From NCBI RefSeq assembly GCF_009914755.1, contig NC_060925.1: a stretch of 64,000 bases of DNA. The stretch is one strand, 5' to 3'. A program made the position numbers and the translations under genes. Of the stretch, positions 16,243-45,712 are shown in pieces. Origin of the DNA: the human T2T-CHM13v2.0 reference genome, Homo sapiens. The notes beneath the pieces are model-generated. The model saw only the letters and a program-made list of their open reading frames with translations, had not been told where the DNA came from and did no database searches. The stretch's first letter is position 1. Each line of letters opens with the position of its first letter.

Positions 16243-19200
16243 AAGGGTTGTCTTTTGAATCACTTCATTTGGACTGGGGTTGCAAAAGGCAGTCATGAGT
16301 TTTAAAATCAAGATGCTCACAAAAACTTACAAATTACATGTATTTTGTAACCAACTGAATGGCATTGGTGAGACTTCCATATAGAACAGAAGAGTAAGCC
16401 AAGAGTCAAGATGACCTAGCTCTTCATAGACTGGTAGAAGAGTCATGTAAGTGTATTAGCAAAACTGACAATCATGATATTTTTATATTACTTTAGAGTA
16501 ACTGAGAGAAGGGAAGTCACCAAGAGTCTTAACATGTGCCAAGCACTCTTTAAAACAGTTTACCTCCCTTAACTCATTGAATGCTCCAATAAGCCTACAC
16601 TGTACATGACAGTATCCTTATTTTATAAATAAGGGCACTGAGGCTCAAAAAGGGAAAATAATTTGCCCAAGGTCATACAGCTGCTATGTGGTAGAGCAAG
16701 GAAGCAAAGGATCTGCTCTAATAAGAAAAAAATCAAAGTCAGCAGTATTCCAAAGCCAAAATCAAAAGAAATAAAAGCTGTGATTAATAGTGTTCAGATT
16801 CCTCCAGCTTTCTAAGGTCTAGATTATAGACCCTCTTCTTTGATACAGGCTAAGCGCTAACAGATTTTTTCTTTATTATTTGCATCAGGGGAAGTTCAGA
16901 AGTAGAGCATTACTTTATGAGAAGTTCAGTAAGTTTTTTAAATCTTAAGAAGACATGATTTATCAATTCATGGAGACACCCCTCCTCCAATAGATCTTTA
17001 ATTAAAAATAAAAACAGATGCATTGCATTCTGAAATGTGTCAGATTTTGTCCTGTCATGGATTACATTTACCACATTTTTAATGCTGAAAGCTTTTTCAG
17101 GCAGCAGAACTCTTACAGTAGGTTTACTGAGAGAGCTGTTCACTCTTCAGTTCTCAGACAAAGCCAAGTCAGAAAGGCTTTCCATAATAAATTTAAATCA
17201 TTTCCCACAGGTCAGAGCAGAAAGAAAATGGAAGGAGAGAGGCAATGGGACTGTGGTTCCTTTATAGCATATTCTTACCAATAGGAGAAGGTGACAATGA
17301 CAGTAGGAACACTGGCCTGAGACCCATTCTTAGCACTGTCAGAGAAGGAAAAAGAGGTGGCAGGTCTTGGAGACACTCCCAGGGATGCAAGACACATTCT
17401 GGATACTGCGCACCGCTCTCACATCCACCAGAGGGCACTCAAAAATCTCACATTACTTTTCTGTGGGGACTATTTGAAACCGTTCCTTAATGTCCCCAAG
17501 CTTCAACATCCTCAAAATCAGAATGGAGAGTTACAAGGGCTAAATGGGACATTAGACATAAAACTCCTGGCTCATGGTATAGCCCAATAAATGTTGGTCT
17601 TTCCTTTATCATTCACCCAAACCAGCAGCACCAGCATACAAATAGGTTGATCTGGGAAGAGTCGGCGGGCTCCTCCGGTTTGCAGTCCTTCTGAGCTCAC
17701 AGCTTGTCTCCTGTGACTCAGAACCTGCTAACTCTGGAAAAAAAGGGATTCTCGGTCTCCACCCTCCCCAAACTGATGAACTCATGCTGCCTGTTCGTGC
17801 TGCATGTGAGAATGTACCAAACCTCACAATTAGAGAAGTTGCTTTGCAATTTTGGGCTAGAAGGGTGACTGAGGATTTCAACTATGAAACACGGCTGCCC
17901 ACACCTACCAGTTCATTGTCTCAGGCTTGTCTATATAGGGAGCAGCACGTCATAACAGAGGGAACATTGGCCTAGAAGTCGAGAGCTCTGGGCTCTGCGC
18001 CTACCTTCTTCATCTGTCCATTGAATGGCCTTAAGCAAGTCACGTCATGTCCCTGGGCCCCTGTTTTCCCACTTATAAAATGAATCATTGAATTAACTGT
18101 TAATCTGTAGATTCACTTCCAGTTTGGTGGTTCCTTGATGATATTCCCTTCCATCAGGACAAGGCATAATCCAGGAGTAATGGACTACATACACCATTTG
18201 CAAACTTTATGTTGCCTTAAAAAATTAAAAAAAAAAAAACCCTGAACTGATTATACTGTTTTCAGTTGCTTCAGGAGACTAAGTGGCTAAATATCTGTTT
18301 TCCTATTAGCTCACTGAAGTTTTTGTTCCATCGACCCTGTCAGACGAGTTAGGCTTGTTTTTCAATTTGATTAAGGAGACCAATTACCTAAGAAAGGATA
18401 ATCGTTATTCCAAAAATTGAGTTTGACATCTTATATCAGCCTAACCCATGGGATACCATATTTACTTGTCCACCTACTTCCATCCCACTCCCACCTTTTC
18501 ATTGATATTTTCAACTCTAAAATATGGGATGCGAAGGGGAAAATGTAAGAGTCTGGGTCCATGCCCTCTGGAAATCTTTATGATCCGTCAGAGCCACACC
18601 CCTATTTACTAGACTGCTGTGATCAGCTAGATTTTCACAGCAGTCACTATGCACAGCCATTGGATCCAAGATAACATTTCACCCCTTCCTTTAGCACTTT
18701 ACTATTATATCAAATGAGATTTCTGGGATGTCTATGAAGGACAGTGGGAGGGAGATAATAAGACTGGTTTGCAATGTTAGCGTTGGACTGAAGCCTCTTG
18801 GGTCCCTGGCCAGAAATAAGAGTTTTGTGAGCTCAGTTAACTCTTGGGAAGTACCTTAGGGTTGGAAAACTTGGGGTGTGAGTGGAGGTAACAGTCCTAT
18901 CTCTGGACTTGCAGAAGAGACACATAGGGAACAACGGAGTGAGAGATAGCTGAGGGGATGGTCTTCCCTTGCCAGTGTCTGCTTTATTGTTTTTCTCCTC
19001 TGACAAAGGGCATATTTAATAATAACAGTTTAGAACATCCTACTCTAAAAAGCACTTGCTTATTCTAATCCATACAACAGGCCTATGAGATCGGCTGCGA
19101 CAGACATTTGAAATGCTGACTTTAGGGAAAGGCAGAATGTCCACACAAAAGGGCCCACAGCAACATGACATCCACCTCGTGCACTGACTATGGTTTAAGA

Positions 19201-20426
19201 TCTAGTTTTGGGCCTTTTGGATCCAGAAGGGTCACCAGAATGGACCTGCATTAATCAAGCTTCCAGAAATGGAGATATAAAAACTAGATGCTCATGGATT
19301 AATTTCAGCAAGAAATGCAGCTGTGGGGCCAACCAGAAGGCTTGAGTCAGCAGATAGGAACATTCTCTCCCAGTATGCTAATTGTTTCAGAAGCCAAATT
19401 ATAATCAGAAGGCCAATTTATTCACTTAAAGTGAAAAATAAAAATTATAAGTGAACCAGATGTTCATGTTAGCCCAGCCTTTCCTGACAGATAATCGACA
19501 GAGGAAACCAAATTATTAGAAGAGTGCTTGGTGAGCAGGGAACCCAGGCAAGGGGCATTTGCTGACTACAGTGTGTCTTTCAGCAAACGCAGCCGGAGGC
19601 CCCCCACCCATGGAAGGGACAGCCTTGCCAAGAAAACTGTAGCACTTGAATCTGGTGAGCAAGCCTTCCTCACCTTGCATGAGGCATGGATGGGCACCGC
19701 CAATGCTAGACTTGACAACTCTCCATATTCTATGCTTCTGTTTCCCATGGTCCTTGTCAAAACAGGGTTATAATACAAATAATTAGTTATCTGCTTACTT
19801 TCTGGGATTGCTCCCAAATGATCTCAATTGGAATTTTTGCAGTTCCAAAAGTTGTTAGTTACACGTTTATGAACAGTGTCTTAGTTTCCTAGCACAGATG
19901 GCTAATTCAATTCACTAAATGAAGATTTTACTAGTTTAGCTCTTGAAAATCTTCTGTTTGATGTCTTGAGCAGCAGTGCACCTTCTGTAGAAAAGGTTAT
20001 ATGTGTGTGTGTGATTTACAAATTTAGAAATGGAGACTCAGAGGGGCTGAGTGCCTTGCCCTTGGGCTGTGTAAACAGTAGAGCTGGAACTCAAATCCAG
20101 ATCTTCTGAGTTGAGATTCTATACTTGTTCTATTGGATGTGACCAAGTTGTCTACTATTAGTAAGTTTCATTTTAAAGCAAAAAAGAAAATCAATGCGTT
20201 CTTAAGAATTATCTTTTAAAAACGTTAACTGATTTTTTATTTCCTAAATGGCAGGGAGGGGAAGGTGGGTATTGCATAAAAGTGTGTAGCAGGGAACATG
20301 AGATGATATGAACAAAAAGGTCACTCAGCTGTAGCTGCCTAGTACATCTGTACCCATGAGGTCCAGGCACAGAGCATCAGTGATCTTGTCTGGGAGTAAA
20401 TAGTGAATAAATGTGTCTTGTTGCAG

Positions 20427-20646
20427 AATCTGAGTGTCTCAGAGGCAAGAGGAAAAATTCTCCACTATCAGGTGACCTTGCAGGAGCTGACAGGAGGGAA
20501 AGCCATGACACAGAACATCACAGGACACACCTCCTGGACCACAGTCATTCCTAGAACCGGAAATTGGGCTGTGGCTGTGTCTGCAGCAAATTCAAAAGGC
20601 AGTTCTCTGCCCACTCGTATTAACATAATGAACCTGTGTGAGGCAG
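20427..20646 (+). CDS. IL12RB2: IL12RB2 coding exon, 220 nt (FNIII)
   Basis: ttgcag|AATCTG ... GAGGCAG|gtaagt; encodes [16 protein letters not shown]...INIMNLCEA; phase 0 to 1. Confidence 0.97.
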
Positions 20647-21072
20647 GTAAGTTCTAATTTTTCTTTAACATTGCCTGTGGAAAACTGTGTCTTACTCATC
20701 TCTTATCTCCTGCAGGCCCAACCCAGGACCTAAAATGAGTAGCTAGGAGTTCAGGCTTTGGAGTCAACAGCTTTCAGAGGCTTTTTTTTTCTTTTCCAAT
20801 CAGCCTATGAGTAGCCTTGGACAAGTAAATGAACACCTCTGAGCTTCAATGTCCTCCTCTCTAAAATAGGAATTATATTGCCTGTCTCATAGGTCATTTT
20901 GAAACTAAATATTAATACATAGCAGGTATTTAATACATTGTAGTTAAGGAAATACTAGTTACATTAAATTGAACACCAATATCTGACTAGCTTTTATAGA
21001 AGCAGGAGAAATACGTGTTACGTTTCAGAAAACATTTTACACCTAAAGTCAAAACGTCTTTTTAAAACCAAA

Positions 21073-21211
21073 GTCGGGGATGGTGGTGTGTACCTATGGT
21101 CCCAGCTACTTAGGAATATGAGATGGGAGGATTGCTTAAGCCCAGGAGTTCCACGCCAGTCTGGGCCTCACAGTGAGACCCCTTTCATCAAAAACAAATA
21201 AATAAATAAAT
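21073..21211 (+). mobile_element. Alu monomer (FLAM/FRAM-like)
   Basis: Single diverged arm with (TAAA) tail. Confidence 0.7.
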
Positions 21212-21794
21212 ACAACCAATAATATTGAAATTCTGACTAATGAAACTATAGTAAAATTTTGTTTTACCATAGCCCTTTATTGCACAAGTTTAGACACGTA
21301 TCCAATTACCTTTATCAGAAAATTCCCAACTAGATGTAGAGTCTCACATTTTATAGTCATATCCTCTGAAAATTAACTTCTCAGGATAAAAGCTCACAAT
21401 TAGGCAAGGAAATTGATATTAATCCTATTTCTCAAGATCTGTATTATAAAAGAATTCCATGTCAAGTTCATTGGCCTAACTTCAAAAAATGCCTAATAGA
21501 GTAAAACTCTGTAATGAGATCCTTTCTTAAAATTCAGTATAATAATTTTATCTACCAGTGGGTTTAGCAATCTTCATTTTGAAAAAGTCTACCAAAATAC
21601 TATTATTTAATATACACTGTTAAATCTTGGTTATATATCTTTTCAGTCATATATCTGTACAAAGAAATAAAGTATTAGATAAAATACTTAGAAGAAAATA
21701 CAGGTAAGTATTAATGTATATATACAAGTAAACAGTATATGTATAATATATGCATATAACCTTGGGTTGGTGTATGAGTTAGGAATTTCTCTTA

Positions 21795-22190
21795 GGGTTA
21801 GGGTTGTTCTTACCAAAAGCCTGACTATAGGAACTTATTTATCCTCTCAAAAAAAGAGAAGTCCAGAGGTAGACAGCCTAGGGCTGGTGTGACAGCCTCA
21901 TGATGCCATCAGGGCTCTAGGGTCCTCCTTTCTGTTCCCTCTGCCAAGTTTGGCTTTCATCCTTATGATGGAAATGGTCCAAAATGGCTGCCAAGGCTCT
22001 AGCTATTTCCTTCTAGACAGCAGAAAAGGAAAAGAAGGGCTCAGCCCTTACTTTTAAGGAGCTTTACCCCAGGTCTCACAACAACACTTGCATTCATCAG
22101 CCCACTGGTCACCTGGTCACACCCAGATGCAAAGGAGGCTCAAAAATATATTAAGGCAGCAATGTTCCCTTGCTAAAAAAAGATGAGGAG
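21795..22190. mobile_element. Old MLT1-type MaLR LTR
   Basis: agaagtccagaggtagacagcctagggctgg...ggtcacacccagatgcaaaggaggct is typical of MLT1J/K; boundaries approximate. Confidence 0.55.
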
Positions 22191-22249
22191 AAGGTGTTTG
22201 TAGGCAACTGGTAATCTCTCTCTATATTTATCTATATAACTTTTTCAAA

Positions 22250-23330
<1,081 letters not shown>

Positions 23331-24526
23331 AAGTGAATTCTGTGGTTCTATTCTGCTGTTTTTAAAATGAAATAAATCAGAATAACTTACTTCTTCAAAC
23401 CTCACTGCAGATGGGTCTTGAGGTTTTAAACCTCATGAATTCTATGGTCCCATTCCAGGTTCCTTAGTTAGATTTGGTGACAACTTCTCAAATGTCACAT
23501 TCATTATGTTAGAGTTCATTTCTACTTTATTCATTCAACAGTCATTTTTGAGCATACACTATATAAGGCAGTTGGAATCCAGCATAGGTAAAAGATACAG
23601 TCGAGGTCCTCAACTTATATTTAGCCAAGGGGGAGGGTCAGACATATGAGCAAGTAAAGTGCAGTACAGTAGAATAAGCATGAGGTAAGAGGTATGCATG
23701 GGGGCTCTAGGAACAGAGAAAAGCCAAAGCATGAGCTTGGAGAGGAGGCCAGGAGAGCTGGTGGCATGCGTACCAAGTATAGAGAGACAAAGTGGTGCTA
23801 GCCAGGTGAGGGAGAGCAGGTGTGCAGGCGTGAGGGTTTGTTTTAAAGTGAGAGCTGAGCAGGCATAGGACTTGAAAGGAAGAACCAGAGATAAGGAAGA
23901 AGTTGAAGACAAAGGAGAGGGAGGAATAATAGAATAAAGTCCCTGGGGAGATGGGAGATGATGAGGAGCCAGTGACCAAAAGAGGGAAGAGGAACACTTC
24001 ATCCTCTGAGAGTGGACAGAGGACCATTGATCATAGAATGCTAAGAATGAGGTTGATGCAGAGATCATGTCAGGAGGGAAAGAAGGACATGAGGCAATTC
24101 TTCAGAGCCGAGCTGTCGTTAAGAGGGTCTTAGAAGTGCTGGAATCTCAAGGGCCTCTTGCCTCTCCTAAGATCACACCTGAGCCATTCAACACAAGTAG
24201 TTGTGTGTCCCAGAAGGACCTGGAGAACAAATTGGCGAACTGCATGGTCCTGTCTTTGAGGACTTTGTCTCACACATACCTTGAATGATCTGTAGGGGTA
24301 GAACATGACTTTGTGCCTTCTCCTTTTTCAGTATACAGTCATACTATTTACATATGTATCTTTTCTTCAAGAAAAGGATACAATAATGCCCCAACATTAT
24401 TTAGGCTGATTTATGCTGATTTTGAGAGACCAGAGACAAATTTATTGTAAAAAGCACCTGCCATAGCATTGTATATCAAGAGGCACAAGAATGATTTTGT
24501 TAGCTTATGATAAAAGTTACATGCTA

Positions 24527-25026
<500 letters not shown>

Positions 25027-26299
25027 CTAGTAAAATGTATTAAATATTTCAAAGATCCAGCCCTTCTACTCAAGACCTCTTGAAACTACAGGAAGAGTCA
25101 GAAGCCAGTATGGTCATAAACACAGGCTCACAGAGATGGCAGAGACTGGGGCCCAAGGAGGTGAAGTAACTGAGCCAAGATCATACATCCAATAGTGGCA
25201 GAGCTACATGGAAAACCAGACCACCCTTGGGTGAGCACTTTTTCCAAATGCCTTCTGAACGTTATAACTTCATACAGAAGCTCTCAGTGAAAATGGAGAT
25301 GGGAAGTTGAATGATTGAGGCTAAAGGAATAATTTTGAAAGGTGACAGGGAGAAGGTGAGTTGTTAGCAGACTTTTGAAGGAAAGAACATGCCCCAGCAA
25401 ACATCATGAGAGAGGAAATTCTAGGTTGGTTCCTGGCAAGTGTGGTGACTCAGAGACAGAAGAACCCTAGGCAATGCCAAGTTGATTTACTTAGCTAATT
25501 CCAGAGAAAGTAGTGGTTAGAAAGGCTCTTTGGCTTTTTTACCTCAATACTTGGCAAAGGATCTCGCAAACCATAGTGTTCAATAAATACTTGCTGAATG
25601 AGTAAATTTTATTCTCAAAAAACAAAACAAAATAAAAAGCCCACAGTATAACTGGGACATCAAATACCAAGGCAAGTGAAGACAAGGAACCATTGCTGGG
25701 AATTCCAGTTCCTGACAAGATGTCCAGTACACTGTCTACAGGCTCTACCACTAAACCTGGCCCTGAAGCTGCTGCAGAGAGATAAGATATGGATGGCTGA
25801 GTTCCCCCTCTGGGGAATAGTGATGAAGCGGGGAGGACCAAGGGAGCTTTCTACTTGTTCTCTTTGTTTTTTCCTCTTGTTATCCTGTTGTGATCGCTGC
25901 CCAGGAATCTCTATGATGGGGTAGGAAATTCTGGGGAGCAGTGCAGAGTCACTGTCAAGGAAGCCCTGGAACCTCACTGGGGAGGAGAGCTGGGAGCAAA
26001 GAGTGCCTGTGAGCTGGCTGACCCTTCAGCATTTTTTTCCTGCCACCCATCCCATGGGCCTGGCAGTTTCAAACAAGAATAATAGCTCAATTCCCTCACG
26101 AAAAGCAGTGCCTACCACAGAGGTACTAGTTTGATTCTGGAGGTACAAGTATGCCTAAGGGGTGCCTGGGGACAAAGAGCTCAGCTTGTATCACTGCAGG
26201 GTCTCTGGCCTGGAGCTTTCCAAGCTGAAAAGCCCTCCTCTCTACCCTAAGCATACATGGAGGACCATGAGCTATAGCTGTACTTTGACTCCTCTCCCT

Positions 26300-29290
<2,991 letters not shown>

Positions 29291-29299
29291 CACAGTGGT

Positions 29300-35112
<5,813 letters not shown>

Positions 35113-35149
35113 AGTCAGACATTACAAAGCCTGGTAACATGAACAGTGT

Positions 35150-36650
<1,501 letters not shown>

Positions 36651-36668
36651 AAATGGAAAAAGGAATGG

Positions 36669-36960
36669 GGCTGGGCATGTTGGCTCATGCCTGTAATCCA
36701 AGCCCTTTGAGAGGCCGAGGCAGGAGGGTCACTTGAGCCCAGGAGTTTGAGATCAGCCTGGGCAACGTAGCAAGACCTTGTCTCTGTCTAATAAAAAAAA
36801 AAATTAGCTATGTGTGGTGACATGCACCCGTGGTCTCAGCTACTCAGGAGGCTAAGGTGGGAGGATCACTTGAATCTGGGAGGTTGAGGCTGCAGTGATC
36901 TGTGCTTATGCCACTGCACTCCAGCCTGGGTGACAAAGTAAGATCCTGTCTCAAGGAAAA
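36669..36960 (+). mobile_element. AluJ
   Basis: cttgagcccaggagtttgag, gaggttgaggctgcagtga (J-type). Confidence 0.85.
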
Positions 36961-37158
36961 AAAAAGAAAGAGAGAGAGAAGAAAAAGAAAAAGAAAGAAG
37001 GAAGGAAGGAAAGGAACGAGGGAAGGAAGGAAGGAAGGAAGGAAGGAAGCAAAGAAGGAAGGAAAGAAGGAAGGAAGGGGGAGGGAGGGAGGAAGGGAGG
37101 GAAGGAAGGAAGGGAAGGAAGGAAAAGTAAAGAAAGAGAAAGGAAAAGAAGGGGAAAA
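36957..37158 (+). repeat. (GGAA)n-type polypurine tract
   Basis: About 200 nt of A/G, ending about 230 nt upstream of the 37387 exon. Confidence 0.95.
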
Positions 37159-37386
37159 TAATTGTACACATGACATTTTACGTAATGTTTGAACAAGCTG
37201 ATGTTGTTAGTTCTCCATGAACTGAGAAATGAAATGAACTTAAATCTGTGACTCCAAAGTCTTTAAAAGTAAACAGATTCTTCCTAAAACTTTTTCGTTG
37301 GGATAAGCTGTTTGGCTTTTTTTGTTGTTTAAATCTTTATCCCTCCTCTTTTTTTATTTTGTTTCTCCTCTTTCTGTCCGATAAAG

Positions 37387-37587
37387 GGTTGCTGGCTCCT
37401 CGCCAGGTCTCTGCAAACTCAGAGGGCATGGACAACATTCTGGTGACTTGGCAGCCTCCCAGGAAAGATCCCTCTGCTGTTCAGGAGTACGTGGTGGAAT
37501 GGAGAGAGCTCCATCCAGGGGGTGACACACAGGTCCCTCTAAACTGGCTACGGAGTCGACCCTACAATGTGTCTGCTCTGATTTCAG
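37387..37587 (+). CDS. IL12RB2: IL12RB2 coding exon, 201 nt (FNIII)
   Basis: ataaag|GGTTG ... ATTTCAG|gtacct; encodes (G)[24 protein letters not shown]...YNVSALIS; phase 1 to 1. Confidence 0.96.
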
Positions 37588-38244
37588 GTACCTAATTGTT
37601 CACCTTCCTTCTAGAGGGTTACTAAGTTCACATTTGTTTGGGGAAACTGCAGGCAAGAGCCAGAACCCTGCCTTCAATTACAGGTGGCTACATGATGAGA
37701 GAGACTGATGACCTAGAGTCCACCCAGCAGCACTTTAGACTACTCCACTGCAGACATAAATGACCAACTGGTTGACTAAAAGCTCTCTTATTTATGGAAA
37801 ATCCATATCCCTAGCACAATGCCAAAGAAGATGAATGAATAATTGAACCAAACAAGTATGGCTGAGAGCTAAGTTAACTGCCCAGTGTAATAGACACCTT
37901 TATTTATCATAGCACACTGCATGATAATACATGAGGCCATCCTTAACCCTGTGGGGAGTTCATTTATTTAATAACTCTTAAAGCAATCATGTTCAGTAAG
38001 AGTCGGTATGGCCATTATATAAATGAGGAAACCAGGAAATCCTTCATTCACAATTCTGTTACTTATTAATTGTGTAATACTAAATCCAGAATTATCTATA
38101 TGACAATTGGTATTTCTAATCCTCAGTTTCCTAATCTGTCAGTGGTGAGAATCAAGTGAGAGAACGCATCTGAAAATATATTAAAATGATTGGGCAGAAC
38201 TTAGTTAATGTCATTGTTAAGCATAAATTCAGCACTGAATTGAA

Positions 38245-38480
38245 TCAGTGGTTTAAAGTTCTGGCTCTGCAGCCATACTACCTGGGTTCGAGTCTTGGCT
38301 CTGTCTGTGTGATCTAGGGCAAGTTACTTAACCGCTTTGTGCCTCAGTTTCCTCATCTGAAAAATGAGGATAATAATATTACCTACCTCGTTGGGTTATT
38401 GTGAAGACTAGCTGAATTACTTCGTGGAAAATGTTTTGAACAATGCCTAATATATTTTAAGGGCTCAGTAATTTAGCTCT
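38245..38480 (+). mobile_element. MIR
   Basis: ctgggttcgagtcttggctctg...gggcaagttacttaacc...gcctcagtttcctcatctgaaaaatgaggataataat. Confidence 0.85.
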
Positions 38481-39297
38481 CATCATTATTATTGTTACGT
38501 GAGACAGAGCTAATATTTTAAGGTTTTCAAGCTCTAAATCCTATAATGTTTCTATAACAATCATTACACCTGTCTAGGAGGAAATACACACCCTGCTTAA
38601 GGTGACAAGATTTATACAAATGAAATAAATAGCACACTGCATAATCATACATGAGTCCATCCTTAACTGTGTACCTCTTTTGTAGTCTGACTGCTCAGAG
38701 TTCTAGCAGGTTAATTTTTCATCACTACCCTTAAATAGAATGCTGCCTACATAACCTAGTCAGCATCCAGAGGAAGATGACCAAGTTATTAGGAGCCTGG
38801 AACTTCTAATCTGGAAACCATTTAGCCTAGAAAGAGAATTCTAGATGGGCATGGGAATGGGACGGCTTGACGGCTGTTGCTGGTTTTGACATTACACATA
38901 AAAGAGTATGTTTTCTTTTGTTGCTCTGGAGAGGAAAACTAAAACCCTGTGTGGAAATTATAAAAGAAGTAGCTATCAGCTCAATTTTGAAAAAGAAGTT
39001 TCCTGCCTTTGATGTTCTCTAATGGGACAATCGATTACCTCTCAAGGCAGTGTGTTCCCTGTCCCTAGAGTTTTTGCAGTAGAACCAGTTTTCTTTCAGG
39101 GCTGTTATGCCCATCAAATCAGGTGAAAGTGAATAGAAAAAGCATTTACCAAACTTTAAGCTGCTAAGAAATTGTAAACATTATTATAAGCTGTATTAGG
39201 ACTTACCCCTGTGGGATAGTTTGAACTACATGGCAAGAGAGATGTTTTCCATACTTAGTGAAATAAGTGTCTTTATGCACTTTAGAAGTAATATTCA

Positions 39298-39664
<367 letters not shown>

Positions 39665-41624
39665 TTAGCTATTAGCTTATGTTGATGTTACAGTCTGAAA
39701 ATAAACACTTAAAAATTAAGCAATTCATGGTTATTATTAATTCAAAATGGCCCCCTCTAGTCAGTAAGATCACTCATTGTTATTGATTTTCACCAGCCTT
39801 TTCCCAGCATCTGGCTGGGGCAGATTTGGACATTTTGGAGTGGGCCAGAATACAGCCCGGCTCCTGATTTATAGGTTGGTGGAGGCTAGGCTAGAGACCA
39901 GTCCTGTCCTGTCCTGTCTGGGTGAAAATGCTTCTGACCGTATAGAGCCACTCCTTTTACAAATACATAACATCATGGTGTCTAGAAAACCTTCCCTGCA
40001 CCTAGAGTTGTTGGGGGCCCTCTTATGCCTTCTTCTTCCTCGTTACTGGTCATTTAATGTTTGCCTTCTCCCACACTTAACAGGTGAAATTAGCTTTCTG
40101 CAGAAAAACCACCTAAGTGATGGTTTATAAACATGGGGGCAGGGACTTTGCTGAAGGGTACTAGGTATGTATGTATGTATGGGAGTGGTGGGAAATGAGT
40201 CGGAAATTGCGGCCAGACTCTAGAAAGGAAATAAAAGTCTGAGGAGTATGGGCTTCATACACTGAAGGTTTTGAGATGGGGAGCAGATATTGTTAGAGAG
40301 TGTTCATACAAGAATCAGCCAGTAAAACAGGAGTTCTTGAGGCCAGAACTGGGGAAGAAGCTTGCTAGGAGGGCTCTACTCTTGGTGGAAAGGGAAATGT
40401 CAACTGAATTACAGAACCACATTGTCTTCTCTCCTCCGCTAAAGGTAAGCCATTCACAAAAATAAACCACAACTTCTAATGCAGCAGTTCCCAAGGCCTC
40501 TGCCCTGAACTCACATTTTGAATGGCAAAATACAATGGAACTGTCTGCCTAACGAGCTCATCTGGAACTCCCATGCCTCCATAAGGCGGTGGTTGGTTGG
40601 CCCCTTTCACGACTAGGGGCAGAACAGCCAGGCACTGGGGGCTGAAAGCTACTCACTGGCCCCTCCCACATTAAATATGATTTCATATTCCATGTTGCCC
40701 TTTGGGCTTCTTGGTGTCAATGCCACCCATGAGGAATCTTTGGATTACCATACTAAGCTGACTGTGTCCTTTTCTCCACTTCGCTTAGTTCATGAACTCA
40801 AATTGGAATTTACCCATGGCATGTGTTTTGATCTTGTCATGGTCTCTTCTGACAGCACTGGTTGCACAACTGAGTTTTATGTGCTGTCTATTTGCTGGAA
40901 TATTTAATGAGCAATGGATTTTCATATAAAACACAAATAATTTAATAAATTTTTCTATGATATAAAATTATTCTTCCTGAAAAAAAAAAAAGTTAAACCC
41001 TAATCAACTGTCAGTGTAGGGGACCCTGGCTACCTATCGGCAGGGCATTAATCAATACTGGGTAGGGTTCTTACTTTGACTCCCTGATACTATAGTTACC
41101 TAGTAGGACTTATCTCTTTTTCCTTTAAATGTTCATTTGAAATGTAAAAGTATTTCAGGAGAGGTATCTATGAAAGGGGCCTTTTATTCACAAGTAGTAG
41201 AAATCTGAGATTCATGGAAATAAGGAATTTTGGTGGGGAAGAAAGACTTGCCAATAAGCTTCATGACTGACAGAAAATTGAAAGTGCGGCGCTTTAAAAG
41301 CCAGGAAGGAGCATTAACATTCCCAAGTACCTTTTAAATCTTCCAGGCTGGGAAGCAACTGAAATCTAACTGGAACATACAGGGAGAGGAGATGGGGTAA
41401 CAAGGGGTCGGATTGCACCCAGAGCACCCTGGTTAGTTATGCCTGAGTGTGTCATCTGCCCTGTCAGATCTTGATAAGCATCGCAGAATTAGAAAAGCTA
41501 TTCAGGTTCTATGCCTGCAAAATTCCAGCCTCACTTTCCTGTAAACAGCAAATGCTTTATTTGTAGGAATCAAAAGGTTTTTTTTCTTGAAGGCAAGTTG
41601 TTTTGTTTGTTTCAAAAGCAGTCT

Positions 41625-41668
41625 GGGTGCGTGTGTGTGTGTGTCTGTGTGTGTGTGTGTGTGTGTGG
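41625..41668. repeat. (GT)n microsatellite
   Basis: Interrupted GT dinucleotide run. Confidence 0.95.
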
Positions 41669-42004
41669 TTATATTTAAATCCGTGTTGGAACTCAAATAG
41701 CTTTTGTCTCCTTCTTAATCATGGTGATCCTGTTTGTTTATATGGAAAGAAACTCAGGTTGGTTGGTTGGTTGATCTCATCCTTTGAAGTTGGGAGCAGT
41801 AACTTCCAGAAGCCAACGTCATGGCAAATCAGATGCTGAGAATTTGTAACATAGGTCATCAGTCCAGACTGTGCTTGAACCATCTTTAAACTAGGAAAAG
41901 GCAAGAAACACCTTGAAAGCATTTGTATCAGATAATAAAATGGCTCCCTTTAGTGACTCACCAGTAATGGCACGGCTGTTATGGGAATTCCCTTTTCCTT
42001 GCAG

Positions 42005-42103
42005 AGAACATAAAATCCTACATCTGTTATGAAATCCGTGTGTATGCACTCTCAGGGGATCAAGGAGGATGCAGCTCCATCCTGGGTAACTCTAAGCACA
42101 AAG
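42005..42103 (+). CDS. IL12RB2: IL12RB2 coding exon, 99 nt
   Basis: ttgcag|AGAAC ... CACAAAG|gtgagt; encodes (E)[32 protein letters not shown]; not in the ORF track (too short); phase 1 to 1. Confidence 0.96.
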
Positions 42104-42193
42104 GTGAGTCTTGGGATCTTTTGCCAAATTTTGCTTTAGTTTAATGATTTGGATTTGGAGGGTGACAGAAGCCTCCTGTGCCCTACTTTACAG

Positions 42194-42352
42194 CACCACT
42201 GAGTGGCCCCCACATTAATGCCATCACAGAGGAAAAGGGGAGCATTTTAATTTCATGGAACAGCATTCCAGTCCAGGAGCAAATGGGCTGCCTCCTCCAT
42301 TATAGGATATACTGGAAGGAACGGGACTCCAACTCCCAGCCTCAGCTCTGTG
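42194..42352 (+). CDS. IL12RB2: IL12RB2 coding exon, 159 nt (follows a 90-nt intron)
   Basis: ttacag|CACCA ... CTCTGTG|gtatgt; encodes (A)[21 protein letters not shown]...SQPQLC; phase 1 to 1. Confidence 0.97.
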
Positions 42353-42684
42353 GTATGTGTGAGAACCAAATGCAGTGAGTGGGGCCTTCTTGTTTGGATG
42401 TCAGGAAAACACAAGGAGGTGTGTGTGCACATCTACACACATGTGCTAGCGCAATGCCTGGCATATAGTAAGTACTCCATAAATACTTGTAAAGTTAACT
42501 GAATGAAGAATTAGAAAAGACATCTAAACACACAAACAGAAGGTTATTGAATATGTGTTATGTGCCAAGCAAATTGCTAAGGATACAGAAATGAAGTAAA
42601 TGGACTAGTTCTCAAGGTGCTTACTCATATGAAGAGACAGAATTTCAACAAACAATAAAGTCACTTCAGTACTGTATAGACTTC

Positions 42685-45712
<3,028 letters not shown>

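Noticed and set aside
23610-24068. 152-aa S/L-rich minus-strand ORF
   Set aside because: Lies in purine-rich, L2-like decayed sequence; compositional artefact.
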